Source: an uncultured Desulfatitalea sp. (GTDB lineage: Bacteria > Desulfobacterota > Desulfobacteria > Desulfobacterales > Desulfosarcinaceae). Taken from it: a DNA stretch of 64,000 nt. The position numbers were made by a program, and so were the translations under genes. Position 1 is the first letter of the stretch, and every line of letters begins with the position of its first letter. Where the stretch lies: positions 1,575,694 to 1,639,693 of the forward strand of contig CAXXMB010000001.1 in assembly GCA_963668675.2 (NCBI GenBank), read 5' to 3'. Shown here in pieces: positions 36,661 through 47,500 of the stretch. The notes under the pieces were generated by a model that was given only the letters and a program-made list of their open reading frames with translations, ran no database searches and was not told where the DNA came from.

Positions 36661-39324
36661 ATGAAGGATATGGAATCGTTGGAACGCACACCTCTGTTCT
36701 CACGCCATGAAGCCCTGGGGGCCCAGATGGTGCCCTTTGGCGGTTGGGAGATGCCGGTCCAGTACCCCACCGGCATCCTCAAAGAGCATCTGGCCACCCG
36801 CGCCCGGGCCGGCCTGTTCGATGTCTCCCACATGGGACGCTTCATTGTGAAGGGCGACGAAGCCCTGCCGTTTCTCCAGCACGCCTTGACCAACAATGCG
36901 GCCGCCCTCGAAGCGGGCCAGAGCCAATACACCCTGATCCCGGCGCCGGACGGCAGCGCCATCGACGACGCCTACCTCTACCGCTTCTTCAGCGACCACT
37001 ATCTGCTGGTGGTCAACGCCGCCAACCGCCGCAAAGACTGGCAGCACCTCAGAACCGTCGCCAAGCAGTTCAAGGCCGTCTCCCTGACCGATGCAACCAG
37101 CGAATTTGCCATGCTCAGTCTTCAGGGACCGAAAGCAAAAGCGATCCTGCAGTCACTCCTTCCGGGCGGCGTCCTGCCCGAACCGCAGCGCAACGAATTG
37201 AGCACCACCCGCTTCGGGGATCATGAGATGTGGCTGGCGCGAACCGGCTATACCGGTGAGCCGCTCTGCTTCGAACTCTTCTTCCCGGCCGGCCAATCCG
37301 AGACTGTCTGGGATCGCCTCGTCGACCAGGGCGCCCAACCGGTCGGCCTCGGGGCCCGTGACACCTTGCGCCTGGAAGCCGGCTTGCCGCTCTACGGCCA
37401 TGAACTGGGCGACGATCCCCAGGGGAGTCCAATCCCCATCTTCGCCATTGCCCTGGCCCGCTTCGCGGTCAGTTTCTCACCACTCAAGGGAGAGTTTATC
37501 GGTAAAGCGCCGCTTCAGCGGCAGTTCCGGGCGCTGGCGGAGATAATGGAAGGCCGCTTCGAACGGCTGGCGGATCTGCCCTATCGTATACGCCCTATGG
37601 AGCTCATCGACAAAGGCATCGCCCGCGCCGGGGCGCCGGTCTTCGACCAGGGGGCGCCCATCGGACACATCACCAGCGGCACCATGGTGCCCTATTGGGT
37701 TTTCGAGGGAGAGGGCCTCGCGTCGGAACGCTCCGAGCAAAGCAACCGGCGGGCCATCGCCCTGGGCTATATCGACAGTCGCATCGAGGATGGCACCATC
37801 GTGACCGTCGATGTACGCGGCAAACGACTGCAGGCGGGGGTCATGCCCCATCTCCTGCGCAGCGAAGCGCCACCCCATGCACGCGCCATCACTTGGGAAC
37901 AGTTCCGGAAGGGCCTGGAGGCGAAAAACGGGGCCTCGGCCGCTGCCGACGAGGCCCTTCAGTGGACCCTGCGCGCCCTGGAGAACCATACCTGGCGCCA
38001 GCGGCACTGCATCAACCTGATCCCCTCCGAGCAGACCCCGTCCCCACTCGTTCGCCTGCTCTCGATCAGCGACCCGGCGGGGCGCTACGCCGAACACAAA
38101 CCGGTCAAAGCCTTTGCGGACGCCGACATCTTCTACTACCAGGGGACCGATTTCATCGCCGCCGTGGAGGAGGCCCTGGCCGAGCAGATGCGCCTCTACC
38201 TTGGCTGCCGCCAGATCGATGCACGTCCCATTTCCGGTCAGATGGCCAACATGGTGCTCTTCAGCGCCATGGTGGACCACCTCAACCGTACCGACCGCAA
38301 GAGCGAACAGCGCCGCATCCGCCGAGTGATGAATCACCATATCATCAAGGGCGGACACCTGAGCGCCCAGCCCATGGGGGCCCTGCGAGACTACGTAATG
38401 CGCGACCCGACCACCGAACGTCCGGCGGTAATCAACTTTCCGGTACTGGCGGACAACCCCTACAATGTGGACATCGATGCCTGCCGCGACCTGATGGAGC
38501 GCTATCGCCCGGAGCTGGTCATCCTCGGCAAGAGCATGACCCTGCACAAGGAGCCGGTGGCCGCCATGCGGCAGATAATCGACGACCTCCGACTCAATGC
38601 GATCCTGCACTACGACATGGCCCATGTGCTGGGCCTGTGCGGCCCCCACTTCCAGCAGCCGTTCGCCGAGGGAGCCGATTTGGTGACCGGTTCGACCCAC
38701 AAAACCTTTTTCGGTACCCAGCGCGGTGTGGTCGCAGCCGACTTTGAACCGGACGACACCATCACCATGCCCCTTTGGGAGGCCATCCAGCGACGTGCCT
38801 TCCCCGGATCTGTCAGCAATCACCATCCGGGCACCCTCCTGGGGCTGCTGCTGGCCGCCATGGAGATGAACGCCTTCAAGGACCAATACCAACCCATGGT
38901 GATCAAAAACGCCAAAGCGCTTGCCCGCGCATTGAAAGCGAGCGGCCTGTCGGTGGCCGGCGATCCGGCCATCGATCACACCGAAACCCACCAGGTGATC
39001 GTTGAGGTGGGATACGCCCAGGGGGCTGACATCGCCCGTCGGCTGGAGGAGAACCATATCGTCTGTAACTTCCAGGCAACACCCGTAGAGGAGGGATTTA
39101 CCGCTTCCGGGGCCCTGCGACTGGGAGTGGCCGAAATGACACGATTCGGCATGCAGCCGGAGGATTTCGAAACAGTGGCCCAACTCATGGCCGATGTCAT
39201 TTTGCGCAATCAGGATGTGCGCGAGGCGGTCATTGAGCTGAGGAAGCGCTTTGTGGAGATGCAGTTCTGTTTTTGCGGAGCCGAGTTTGATGATGTGATC
39301 GAACGGCTGCATGCCATCACATGA
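36661..39324 (+). CDS. gcvT: Glycine cleavage T protein fused to serine hydroxymethyltransferase (GcvT-GlyA)
   Basis: N half: FGGWEMP, LFDVSHMG, RTGYTGE, GARDTLRLEAG.PLYG.E. C half: INLIPSE, GGHLS, DMAHV.GL, GSTHKTF.G.QRG, FPG, LRLG. Confidence 0.9.
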   Translation: MKDMESLERTPLFSRHEALGAQMVPFGGWEMPVQYPTGILKEHLATRARAGLFDVSHMGRFIVKGDEALPFLQHALTNNAAALEAGQSQYTLIPAPDGSAIDDAYLYRFFSDHYLLVVNAANRRKDWQHLRTVAKQFKAVSLTDATSEFAMLSLQGPKAKAILQSLLPGGVLPEPQRNELSTTRFGDHEMWLARTGYTGEPLCFELFFPAGQSETVWDRLVDQGAQPVGLGARDTLRLEAGLPLYGHELGDDPQGSPIPIFAIALARFAVSFSPLKGEFIGKAPLQRQFRALAEIMEGRFERLADLPYRIRPMELIDKGIARAGAPVFDQGAPIGHITSGTMVPYWVFEGEGLASERSEQSNRRAIALGYIDSRIEDGTIVTVDVRGKRLQAGVMPHLLRSEAPPHARAITWEQFRKGLEAKNGASAAADEALQWTLRALENHTWRQRHCINLIPSEQTPSPLVRLLSISDPAGRYAEHKPVKAFADADIFYYQGTDFIAAVEEALAEQMRLYLGCRQIDARPISGQMANMVLFSAMVDHLNRTDRKSEQRRIRRVMNHHIIKGGHLSAQPMGALRDYVMRDPTTERPAVINFPVLADNPYNVDIDACRDLMERYRPELVILGKSMTLHKEPVAAMRQIIDDLRLNAILHYDMAHVLGLCGPHFQQPFAEGADLVTGSTHKTFFGTQRGVVAADFEPDDTITMPLWEAIQRRAFPGSVSNHHPGTLLGLLLAAMEMNAFKDQYQPMVIKNAKALARALKASGLSVAGDPAIDHTETHQVIVEVGYAQGADIARRLEENHIVCNFQATPVEEGFTASGALRLGVAEMTRFGMQPEDFETVAQLMADVILRNQDVREAVIELRKRFVEMQFCFCGAEFDDVIERLHAIT

Positions 39325-39375
39325 ACTCGGCCTCCATTTCATACACGCCCTGACACGCAAACAGGAGGTGCAATC

Positions 39376-39906
39376 ATGCGTTTGGATGGTCATCGAATCG
39401 CCATTCTCGTGGCGGAAGGAGCTGAGGATCTCGAGTTTTATGTCCCCTATATGCGCTTGCTGGAAGAGGGGGCCGACGTGATAACGGCAGCATTGGAAGT
39501 CAAACCGTTACGCGGTAAAAACGGCCTGACGATTCAGCCCACCGCGACCATTGCATCGCTCAAGGAAGAGGAGTTGCTTGGCGTGGTCATCCCGGGGGGA
39601 TGGGCACCCGACAAATTGCGCCGTCACAAAACGGTCACCGACCTGGTGCGCAACCTCGACCATGCCGGCAAAACCATCGGCATCATCTGCCACGGCGGGC
39701 TGGTTCCCATATCGGCGGACGTAGTGCGCGGCCACAGGGCAACCGGATCCCTCGGTATCAAAGACGACCTGGTCAATGCCGGCGCCACATGGGTCGACGA
39801 GCCGGCCTTCAGGGACGGGAACCAGGTATGGGGACGCGTGGTCGAAGACATACCGGCATTTTGCAGGCACCTGGTAGAAGCACTGACGGAAGCTGCCAGC
39901 CGCTGA
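39376..39906 (+). CDS. PfpI/DJ-1 family protease/deglycase
   Basis: EDLE, IPGGWAPDKLRR and ICHG nucleophile elbow. Confidence 0.92.
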   Translation: MRLDGHRIAILVAEGAEDLEFYVPYMRLLEEGADVITAALEVKPLRGKNGLTIQPTATIASLKEEELLGVVIPGGWAPDKLRRHKTVTDLVRNLDHAGKTIGIICHGGLVPISADVVRGHRATGSLGIKDDLVNAGATWVDEPAFRDGNQVWGRVVEDIPAFCRHLVEALTEAASR

Positions 39907-39967
39907 CCGAGCGGCGATCCCCTGCCCGATATGGCGACCACGATAACAAAATAGAGAGGATTTTCAT

Positions 39968-40423
39968 TTGCTGCACATCTTTGTAGATGCCGATGCGTGC
40001 CCCGTCAAAAAGGAAGTGTACCGCGTCGCAAACCGCTATCGGCTCGATGTTACCCTGGTCGCCAACGCCTGGATGCGCATTCCGAATGAACCCTGGATCT
40101 CGCTGGAAGTGGTGACGGACGGATTCGATGCAGCCGATGATTGGATCGTTGAACATGTGCAACCGCATGACATCGTGGTCACCGCTGACATCCTGCTGGC
40201 AAGCCGATGCGTGAAGAAAGGCGCACGCGCCATCGGTCCGAGCGGAAAACCGTTCACGGAAGAGAATATCGGAGATGCCGTGGCGACGCGGGACCTGCTG
40301 TCAGAGCTTCGCGGTGCAGGAGAGATGACAGGGGGACCGCCACCGCTTCAAAAGAGGGACCGATCACGTTTTCTCCAAAAGCTCGACGAGGTGATACAAT
40401 CCATCCGCCGCATGCATTGCTGA
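39968..40423 (+). CDS. YaiI/YqxD family protein (TTG start)
   Basis: [17 protein letters not shown] and [10 protein letters not shown]. Confidence 0.92.
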   Translation: MLHIFVDADACPVKKEVYRVANRYRLDVTLVANAWMRIPNEPWISLEVVTDGFDAADDWIVEHVQPHDIVVTADILLASRCVKKGARAIGPSGKPFTEENIGDAVATRDLLSELRGAGEMTGGPPPLQKRDRSRFLQKLDEVIQSIRRMHC

Positions 40424-40442
40424 ACCCCAAGAGGTCACCACC

Positions 40443-41210
40443 ATGAAACCCAGAATAAAAATAGCGGCAGCCCAAACCCCAAGCGGCGGAGAAATGGCGC
40501 TTTTTCAACATGACCATGATTTCTCGATCATGGTCAATGGGCAGGAGCTTATGAACAGCCGTCAACACGGATCGGAAGTAGAACTGGCGCGCCTGGGGTG
40601 TGCGCACCTGGTTGGACGCAAAGCGCCCACCATTCTCATCGGTGGCTTGGGCATGGGGTACACCCTGCGCAAGGCGCTCGATATGCTCACCTCCGACGCC
40701 CGGGTGATCGTGAGTGAACTGTTAGGGAAGGTGGTTGAATGGAATCGTGCGTTTCTCGGGACACTGAACGACCACCCCCTGGAGGACAAGCGAGTGGAGA
40801 TCGAGAGCGGTGATATCGTGGCCCTGATCTCGCGGACCAGGAGCAAATTTGATGCAATCCTGCTGGATATCGACAACGGCCCCAGAGCTCTGACCGATCC
40901 ACGAAACAGTCGTTTGTACGGCCTCGAAGGCATTCACGCCTGCCGTCGCGCCATTCGGGGACAAGGGGGGCTGGCGGTGTGGTCGGTGGCGCCGAGCAAA
41001 CAGTTCGAGAAAACATTGATGCGCTGCAGCTTCCACGTCCGTCGCTATCGGGTGTCTGCTGGAAAGGGAGTAAAGGCACAGTCACGCTTTGTCTGGGTGG
41101 CATCCGAAAATAGAGATATCCTGCCCCATGGCGGCGGTGAACCGCACCTTCCAATTAACAAAGACGGTAAAGGGAGCCGTCCCCGGAGCCGCCATAAGAG
41201 AAAATGGTAA
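40443..41210 (+). CDS. Spermidine-synthase-like SAM methyltransferase
   Basis: ELMNSR..GSE, LIGGLGMGYTLR and DAILLDIDNGP. Confidence 0.85.
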   Translation: MKPRIKIAAAQTPSGGEMALFQHDHDFSIMVNGQELMNSRQHGSEVELARLGCAHLVGRKAPTILIGGLGMGYTLRKALDMLTSDARVIVSELLGKVVEWNRAFLGTLNDHPLEDKRVEIESGDIVALISRTRSKFDAILLDIDNGPRALTDPRNSRLYGLEGIHACRRAIRGQGGLAVWSVAPSKQFEKTLMRCSFHVRRYRVSAGKGVKAQSRFVWVASENRDILPHGGGEPHLPINKDGKGSRPRSRHKRKW

Positions 41211-41290
41211 CCCGGAAGAAGATTACTGCAGATGTCCTTCCGGCGGAAAGCCGGGATCCAGATGGTGAATGGATCCCGGATATAAGCCCT

Positions 41291-41866
41291 CTACCAGTTC
41301 TCGGCCAATAACTCGAAATACCCCTGGGGCATGACACAGGCCGGGCACCTTTCCGGTGCTTCGGTACCGGTATGCAGGTAGCCGCAATTTCTGCAGCGCC
41401 ACACCGTTTCCGTCTTTCGGACAAAGGCGCGTTCGGCCAACAGGTTGGCAGCCAGATCGCGATATCGCTTTTCATGCTGGCGTTCGGAAACACTGATAGC
41501 GTCCCACGTGTCAGCTGCTCGCTCAAAGCCTTCGTCACGTGCCGTTTGTGCAAAACCGGGATAAAGCTGGCTATGCTCGAATCGTTCGCCGTCTGCCGCC
41601 GCCACCAGGTTGTCGTGGGTCTCATTGATCACACCGGATGGAAAGCTGCCGGTGATCTCGAGCTCCCCGCCGTTGAAGAACTTGAAAAATCGCAAGGCAT
41701 GTTCACACTCCTGGTCGGCAGTCTCCTCGAAGATGTCCGCAATCTGAACAAATCCCTCTTCAAAGGCCTGGCGTGCAAAATAGGTGTAGCGGTTGCGGGC
41801 CTGGGACTCGCCCGCAAACGAGAGCATCAGATTGCGGGCGGTTTGGCTGTCGCGGAATTTCCCCAT
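41291..41866 (-). CDS. rbr: Rubrerythrin
   Basis: FAGESQARNRY, E..H diiron motifs and C-terminal WRCRNCGY..CPAC. Confidence 0.95.
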   Translation of the reverse strand: MGKFRDSQTARNLMLSFAGESQARNRYTYFARQAFEEGFVQIADIFEETADQECEHALRFFKFFNGGELEITGSFPSGVINETHDNLVAAADGERFEHSQLYPGFAQTARDEGFERAADTWDAISVSERQHEKRYRDLAANLLAERAFVRKTETVWRCRNCGYLHTGTEAPERCPACVMPQGYFELLAENW

Positions 41867-41908
41867 GGGTGCCCTCCTTTGGCCTATCCTAAGGCAACTG
41901 CTTTGGGA

Positions 41909-42100
41909 CTACTCTTCGATTTCGATGGCATCAGCACCGCACTCTTCGGCCGCCTGGCGTACAACATCCTCATATTTTTCCGGAATCACATCAAACTGAA
42001 CCACTGAAAGAAGCTGGTCCTCATCATACTGGAACACTTCGGGGCACAATTTGTTGCAGTTGCGATCTCCCATGCATTGGCTGGTAACTTTGGCTTTCAT
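41909..42100 (-). CDS. Single-cluster ferredoxin (CxxDxxC type)
   Basis: CMGDRNCNKLCPEVF...CGADAI; AGGAGG RBS. Confidence 0.88.
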   Translation of the reverse strand: MKAKVTSQCMGDRNCNKLCPEVFQYDEDQLLSVVQFDVIPEKYEDVVRQAAEECGADAIEIEE

Positions 42101-42444
42101 GAATTCCTCCTATTATGGTTGCTGTATTGACTGCATGACAAGACAGTTCGGTACTTGATCAACGCAATCGAAATCAAAAGACGGACTCAGTATAGTTTCG
42201 CTAATAACAGCTTGTCAAACATAGGATTGTGCGAACAACAAAAGGGTAAGTGAGTTGAGCATTTATTCAGCCATCATCTGCTAAAATTGCATTCCTTTCT
42301 CCGCCAGATGTGAAAGGGAAATGATTGTATCAAAAAAATCAACGGGTCGATCCACCCAATAAAGGGCATCGAATAATGTATATTTCACCACAGCGAACAC
42401 AAAGCGCACATGGCATGGCTAATCTTTGGCTTTCTTCTTTTTCA

Positions 42445-43016
42445 TCATTGATTCAAAGGATTCAGGAAAGGGAGATAATCGTCGTAATACGATTTTTTCA
42501 ATACCTCGAATGCTTGCGGGATTTGTGGGTTTGTAAGTTTCTGGCTAAGATAGCCTAGGTTCCGAAAATGCGCTTCGGTTCTAATTTGGAGGGCCTTAAT
42601 TTTTGCGGCCGATTTTGCACCAAGCGGGGCTTTTGACAACATTGTAGCTGAAAGGATCGACATCTCGGGTCCAGCTCTATTTCGCAATGCCAATGTTTCG
42701 TACTTCAATGATGAGTATCGACTAATGGTACCATCGGCGTCACTGATTTCATTGGAAATAGCAACGAGAAGCGATTCAATGCGGTGGATGTAAGCCGTCA
42801 TCGCGGAAAACCAATCCTCTGCCAATGCCTGCTTTCGATTCGCTTTGGGGACCTCCAAGTCTGAAGATGTTTCTTGCCTGAGTTTTGCAACCTCCGGTGT
42901 AAATTGAAGGATTTTCTCAATCGCGTTTTTAATGATATCCGTCTGCTGGACGTCAGCCAATTTGGCGAGCGCAGTTGATAGTGCCTTGTCACCCTCTGCA
43001 CGGCGATCAAGTAAGT
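42445..43016 (-). pseudogene. Internal fragment of a helical sensory-domain gene (MCP/HK-like), truncated at a repeat element
   Basis: The open frame begins inside the 43017-43168 element with no RBS; amphipathic helical sequence; lower GC. Confidence 0.4.
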
Positions 43017-43168
43017 TATTAAACCGGCAATTAAATAGGCCAACCTTTGTCATCCCGGACTCGATCCGGGATCCAGAAACGGCCTGGATAGCGCTGACGC
43101 TTCACTTCGTTCCCGGCCTGCGCCGGAATGACGATTGCTAAGGTAATTAATTAATTGCCGGGTTAATA
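43017..43168. repeat. MITE/REP-like element family A, copy 2
   Basis: TIR TATTAAACCGGCAATTA / TAATTGCCGGGTTAATA; homologous to 7206-7353. Confidence 0.8.
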
Positions 43169-43188
43169 GCATATGAAACAACAATTAG

Positions 43189-43284
43189 CGTCATTCCGGG
43201 CTTGACCCGGGGCACGTAGTGAAGCGTCAGCGCTATCCAGTGTTTCCAAACATTCCTGGATGCCGGATCAAGTCCGGCATGACG
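43189..43284. repeat. Family A core, inverted orientation, without TIRs
   Basis: Reverse complement of the 43049-43133 core (shared GTGAAGCGTCAGCGCTATCCAG). Confidence 0.75.
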
Positions 43285-43390
43285 CTGCGGCATTTTTTAC
43301 ATGGCCATCATTCTCTTTATGCCAATAGGGAATTTCGGCCTGAAAGGCCTGTATTTGGCCAACTTAATCATCATAGAGAACCGGGTTCTT

Positions 43391-43573
43391 TTATTTCTCT
43401 TCGAGCCCGTAAACCTGCCTTGGAGCCAGATACTCCGGGAACCTGTCGACAAGCGTGCGACGGATGATATAGCAAAAGTGGCATTCATCAACGTACTCTT
43501 TCTCGAGGGTCAGACCGTATTGCTTTGCCAACAGAGCAGGACCACCTTCGATAAGAGGACCACATATCGGGTG
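43391..43573 (-). pseudogene. 3' remnant of a probable radical-SAM/Fe-S protein gene
   Basis: Start-less frame HPICGPLIEGGPALLAKQYG...YVDECHFCY..R....RFPEYLAPRQVYG*, fused to a truncated attC. Confidence 0.6.
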
Positions 43574-43622
43574 CTAATCGGCTGCGCGGCTTTTTGCGTC
43601 AGCTGAATTAGCATTGTTAGCC
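43574..43622 (-). other. attC, 3'-truncated
   Basis: GGCTAAC..AATTCAGCTGACGCAAAAAGCCGCGCAGCCGATT with no R' box. Confidence 0.65.
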
Positions 43623-44248
43623 GATTCGTTTTTTATACCTTTAATTACAACAAAAGAGCCTCTCCCGAAGCCTTCCAGAATGGTATTGGGAATTTTCCCA
43701 GGGATAAGGGTTTGCAAAACATTCGATATCACAAAGCCCGATTCTTTAAGATAGCTTAGCACCTCTGACGCTGTGAAAAAGGTGGCATCCTTGTAAAATC
43801 TGCTACTCTCTTTTTTTTCAGAATATTTTGTACCAAGCTCGCTACCTTTGTCTATAAATCCAACAATAATGAATCCGTCGGTTTTTAATACCCGGAAAGC
43901 CTCTTTTAAAGATTTGGCGACATCGTCAACAAAGCAGATGGTCGTTACCATCATCACAAAATCGAACCTGCCATCAGAAAAGGGCAAATCTTCTGCAACA
44001 CCTGAATGAACCTCGATGCCTTGTAATCTAGCTTTGTGTGCCATTTTTTCTGAGGGTTCAACTCCGACCTTGATCCTCAGCGGCACAGCGAATCTCCCTG
44101 AGCCAACACCTACTTCCATGCCCTCCGCTCCGGCGGAATGGATAAGCTGGCGGATTGCTTCTAATTCAGCAGCATAGAGATCAGGGTGATTATTGAACCA
44201 CTGGTCATATTCGTTGCTGAATTTTTCGAATGATTCAATTTTGGGCAT
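43574..44248 (-). CDS. Class I SAM-dependent methyltransferase (cassette)
   Basis: EVGVGSGRF, GVAEDLPF and MVTTICFVDD; flanked by GTTAGCCG / CGGCTAAC. Confidence 0.88.
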   Translation of the reverse strand: MPKIESFEKFSNEYDQWFNNHPDLYAAELEAIRQLIHSAGAEGMEVGVGSGRFAVPLRIKVGVEPSEKMAHKARLQGIEVHSGVAEDLPFSDGRFDFVMMVTTICFVDDVAKSLKEAFRVLKTDGFIIVGFIDKGSELGTKYSEKKESSRFYKDATFFTASEVLSYLKESGFVISNVLQTLIPGKIPNTILEGFGRGSFVVIKGIKNESANNANSADAKSRAAD

Positions 44249-44277
44249 GATCAACTCCAATAAACTCATCATGGAGC

Positions 44278-44316
44278 GGCTAACGACGCATGTCTGGGAC
44301 GGCATGCAGCGGCCCT
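44278..44316 (-). other. attC, 3' half only
   Basis: ...GCATGCCGTCCCAGACATGCGTC-GTTAGCC; no complementary left arm found. Confidence 0.5.
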
Positions 44317-44501
44317 GAGGACAAAAAGCACAACGCTGAAAAAGAGATCAAATATAGAATGGCGACAGATGGAAGCAGCCGAAACGAAATATAAGTGTAC
44401 CGTTGATTTACATTTTTGAGGTGCCTCCACCAGGAGTTTACTTCTCCTTCATCAACAACCACACCCCGTCGAACCGAAATTTTACGATGTCGTCAGGAGT
44501 G

Positions 44502-47500
44502 CTATTTGACCGAAATCGTTTTTTTGGCCAAGACTTTTTTCCCCTCGCCGAGAATATAGCGGACTTCATAGGTGCCGGGCTTTTTGGGCGTTTTGATCAC
44601 GGCCGGATTACCTCGTTTGGTGTATCCATAGGTTAACCGACCTCCCGGTGCCTCATCGGGCCGGGAAATGGTAATCTGATCCGAATCATATCCCGGGCCC
44701 TGCCATGGAATCTTGATTTGCGAGTTCACGCCGGCTGTGGCTGGTGGATTGATCTCGGCAGTGACCGGTTGGATCTCGATGGAGGTACTGGCCAGCACCT
44801 TTTTGCCCTGGCTCATGAGATAGATCACGTCATAGGTTCCCGGATCGGACGGCATGCGCAGCTGCAGTGGCGATCCTTTTTGGGTGTAGGTGTATTTGAT
44901 ACGCTGGTCGGCCCCCTTACCGGGTGGAACGACAGCGATGTAGTCCATCTGGTTGTTCGGTCCCCGCCAGGTGACATCGATCAACGAGGCCGCGGCAGCC
45001 GTCGCCGGCGCCTGGACCGATGCGCCGACCGATTGGATCTCGATGGCGGTACGGGCCAGCACCTTTTTGCCTTGGCTCATGAGGTAGATCACGTCATAAG
45101 TTCCGGGATCGGACGGAGTGCGCAGTTGCAGCGGCGAGCCTTTCTGGGTCTGGGTGTATTTGATACGCCGGTCGGCCCCCTGACCGGGCGGAACGATAGC
45201 GATATAGTCCCCCCGGTTGTTCGGTCCCTGCCAGGTGACATCGATCAACGAGGCCACATCGGCCGTCGCCGGCGCCTTAACGGAGGCGGATGTCGCCTGG
45301 ATCTCTATGGTCGTCCGGGCCAATACTTCTTTGCTTTTTCCCAATATGTAGCGCAGCTCATAGGTGCCGGGGTCCGAAGGTGCTTGCAGTTTAAGGGGCG
45401 AGCCCTTTCGCGTATAGGTATAATAGATACGATGGTGCCCATCGGTGCCCGGTTGAGCGATGGCGATATAGTCACCGGTGTAGTCCGGCCCGTGCCAGGT
45501 GACTTCGATATCAACGGCCACCCGGGCAGCGGCGGGTGCCTTTACACTGGCTTTAACCGGTGTTGCCTTCAAATCGGCCCGACCAATTATTTTGCGGCTA
45601 TGGCCGTGCTTATAGCGCAGTTCATAGTCGCCCACGACTCCCGGCGCCGTCAATTTTGCAGGGTTGCCTCGCTTCGTATAGGCATAATCGACATACCGAA
45701 TGTTTCGCTCGCCTTTTTTGACGACGGCAATGAGGTCGCCTCGGCTGTTGGGCCCCTCCCATGTGACGGTGAAGGCCGACCCCACCGGCACGCTGGCCGG
45801 CCCTTTCAACACGGCGGTCCCTGGATCTTCGACCACCGGCGCAGGAGGCGCCTTGACCTCTTCGACGGTTTTGAAAAGTGCATCCCGCAGGGATCCGGCA
45901 TCTGAAGCCGCCAGAAACAGACCGCCGGTTTTATCGGCCATACAGCGCAACTGCTCCTGATCATCCTTGCTGATGTCGAAACCGATCACATGCACCGTAA
46001 AATCCGCTCCGCTCATGGCCAGTTTGGCGGATAGCTCACAGGGATCGATGTCGCACGTCTCCAGACCGTCACTGACCAAAATGACCGTAGCCCGCTCCTT
46101 GGTATATTGCAGCGCCTCGGCTGCCCGCTTGACCGACTCGCTAAGGGGGGTCTTGCCCTTAGGGCTGATGGCGGCCACTTTCGCTTTCATAGCTGCGGCA
46201 TTGTGCTTGCCCACGGGAATCATCATCTCAATATCTTTGCAGTCACCCTTACGGCGATGGCCATACACGGTCAGTCCGGTTTGAAAGTCGGCCGGTATGG
46301 CATCGATGAGATCGCTTATGACCTCTTTGGCAATTTCGATCTTGGCCTTACCTTTGATCTGGCCCCACATGGAACCGGAGGCATCCAACACCAGGACCAT
46401 GCGTGATGCACTGCCGTCTTTAGGCGAAGATGCGGCTGCCTTTCCGGCGCTTGCTGCAGAACTGATTTTCGAGCTGCTTGCTCCCGCTCCCGATGATGCC
46501 GGGGCCGACGCCGCCTTCCCCGGCAGGCTGCTCGAAAACGGTTCATCCAGCAGGATATGCGCAGTGGTCGCAGATTGATATTCTGCTCGACAGACCACTT
46601 TGATTTTGCCGTAATCCATCATGATATCCAGATCGTTCAGTTTGTCCTGATCCGTGTACGAGAACTCCCGGCTTTGACCGGCGGGAATTCTGAGCTCATG
46701 TTTTTTGCCGGCGGCTTTGAATCGAACTCCGGCAGCCGGATCGGATAGGGCATACAACCGGACCTGATATCGGCGATATCCGCGAGGAGCGCCCCAACTG
46801 CTGCCTTGGCCTTTTTTCTTGGTGTAGACGTTTTGGATCGCCTGGACCTGGGGTAGTTTTCCGATCACGGTGACGGTCACCGAAACGCCACCCTGAACGG
46901 CACCGATGCTGAGCCCGTCGACTCCGGAAGCGGGATCTTCCTTTACATTATTCTCTCCCGAATAGGTGCACTGCGCCTTGGTCTTTAATGCCGTCTGGCC
47001 TTTGTAAGGCACTGCGAACCAGGAAGCGGCGCCCGATGACCCGAATGGTCGGGCTTTGATCCGTATCTTTGTTCCGGGCGTCAGAACGATATTCCAGGTA
47101 TCTCCCTCAGAGAGCAAAGCCCGCAATTCAGATTTGCGCGGACGATTTTTTTTATAGGCGGCCATCTTGGCGGCCACCGCTGGATCGGCCTCGATGAGCG
47201 CCTGGACCTGTTCTTCCGTTTTCAACGTATACCCGGCCGGAACTTGTAACTGTTTTTTTGGAATTGGCCTCTTTTCGATATTCTTCAACTGAACGTAGTA
47301 ATCCTCTTTCAATAGCTGTTCAATTTTGATGGGAAACCCCAGTTCAGAGGCGATCCAGCGATGCAGAATCCCAGACCCCTGGTGGTGAATCAACTGCCGC
47401 TCACAATTGAACCCCTGGACGGTCACCATGCCCTCCTTTTTGACTGCGTACTGCTTGACCGTTACCTCGGCAGACTGGAAGGGGTCGTTCATGACGCTCA

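Noticed and set aside
37477..39393. 638-aa minus-strand ORF and similar long antisense ORFs (11728-13047, 44718-45905, 59484-60230)
   Set aside because: Shadow frames of well-supported genes in GC-rich DNA, with no recognisable motifs.
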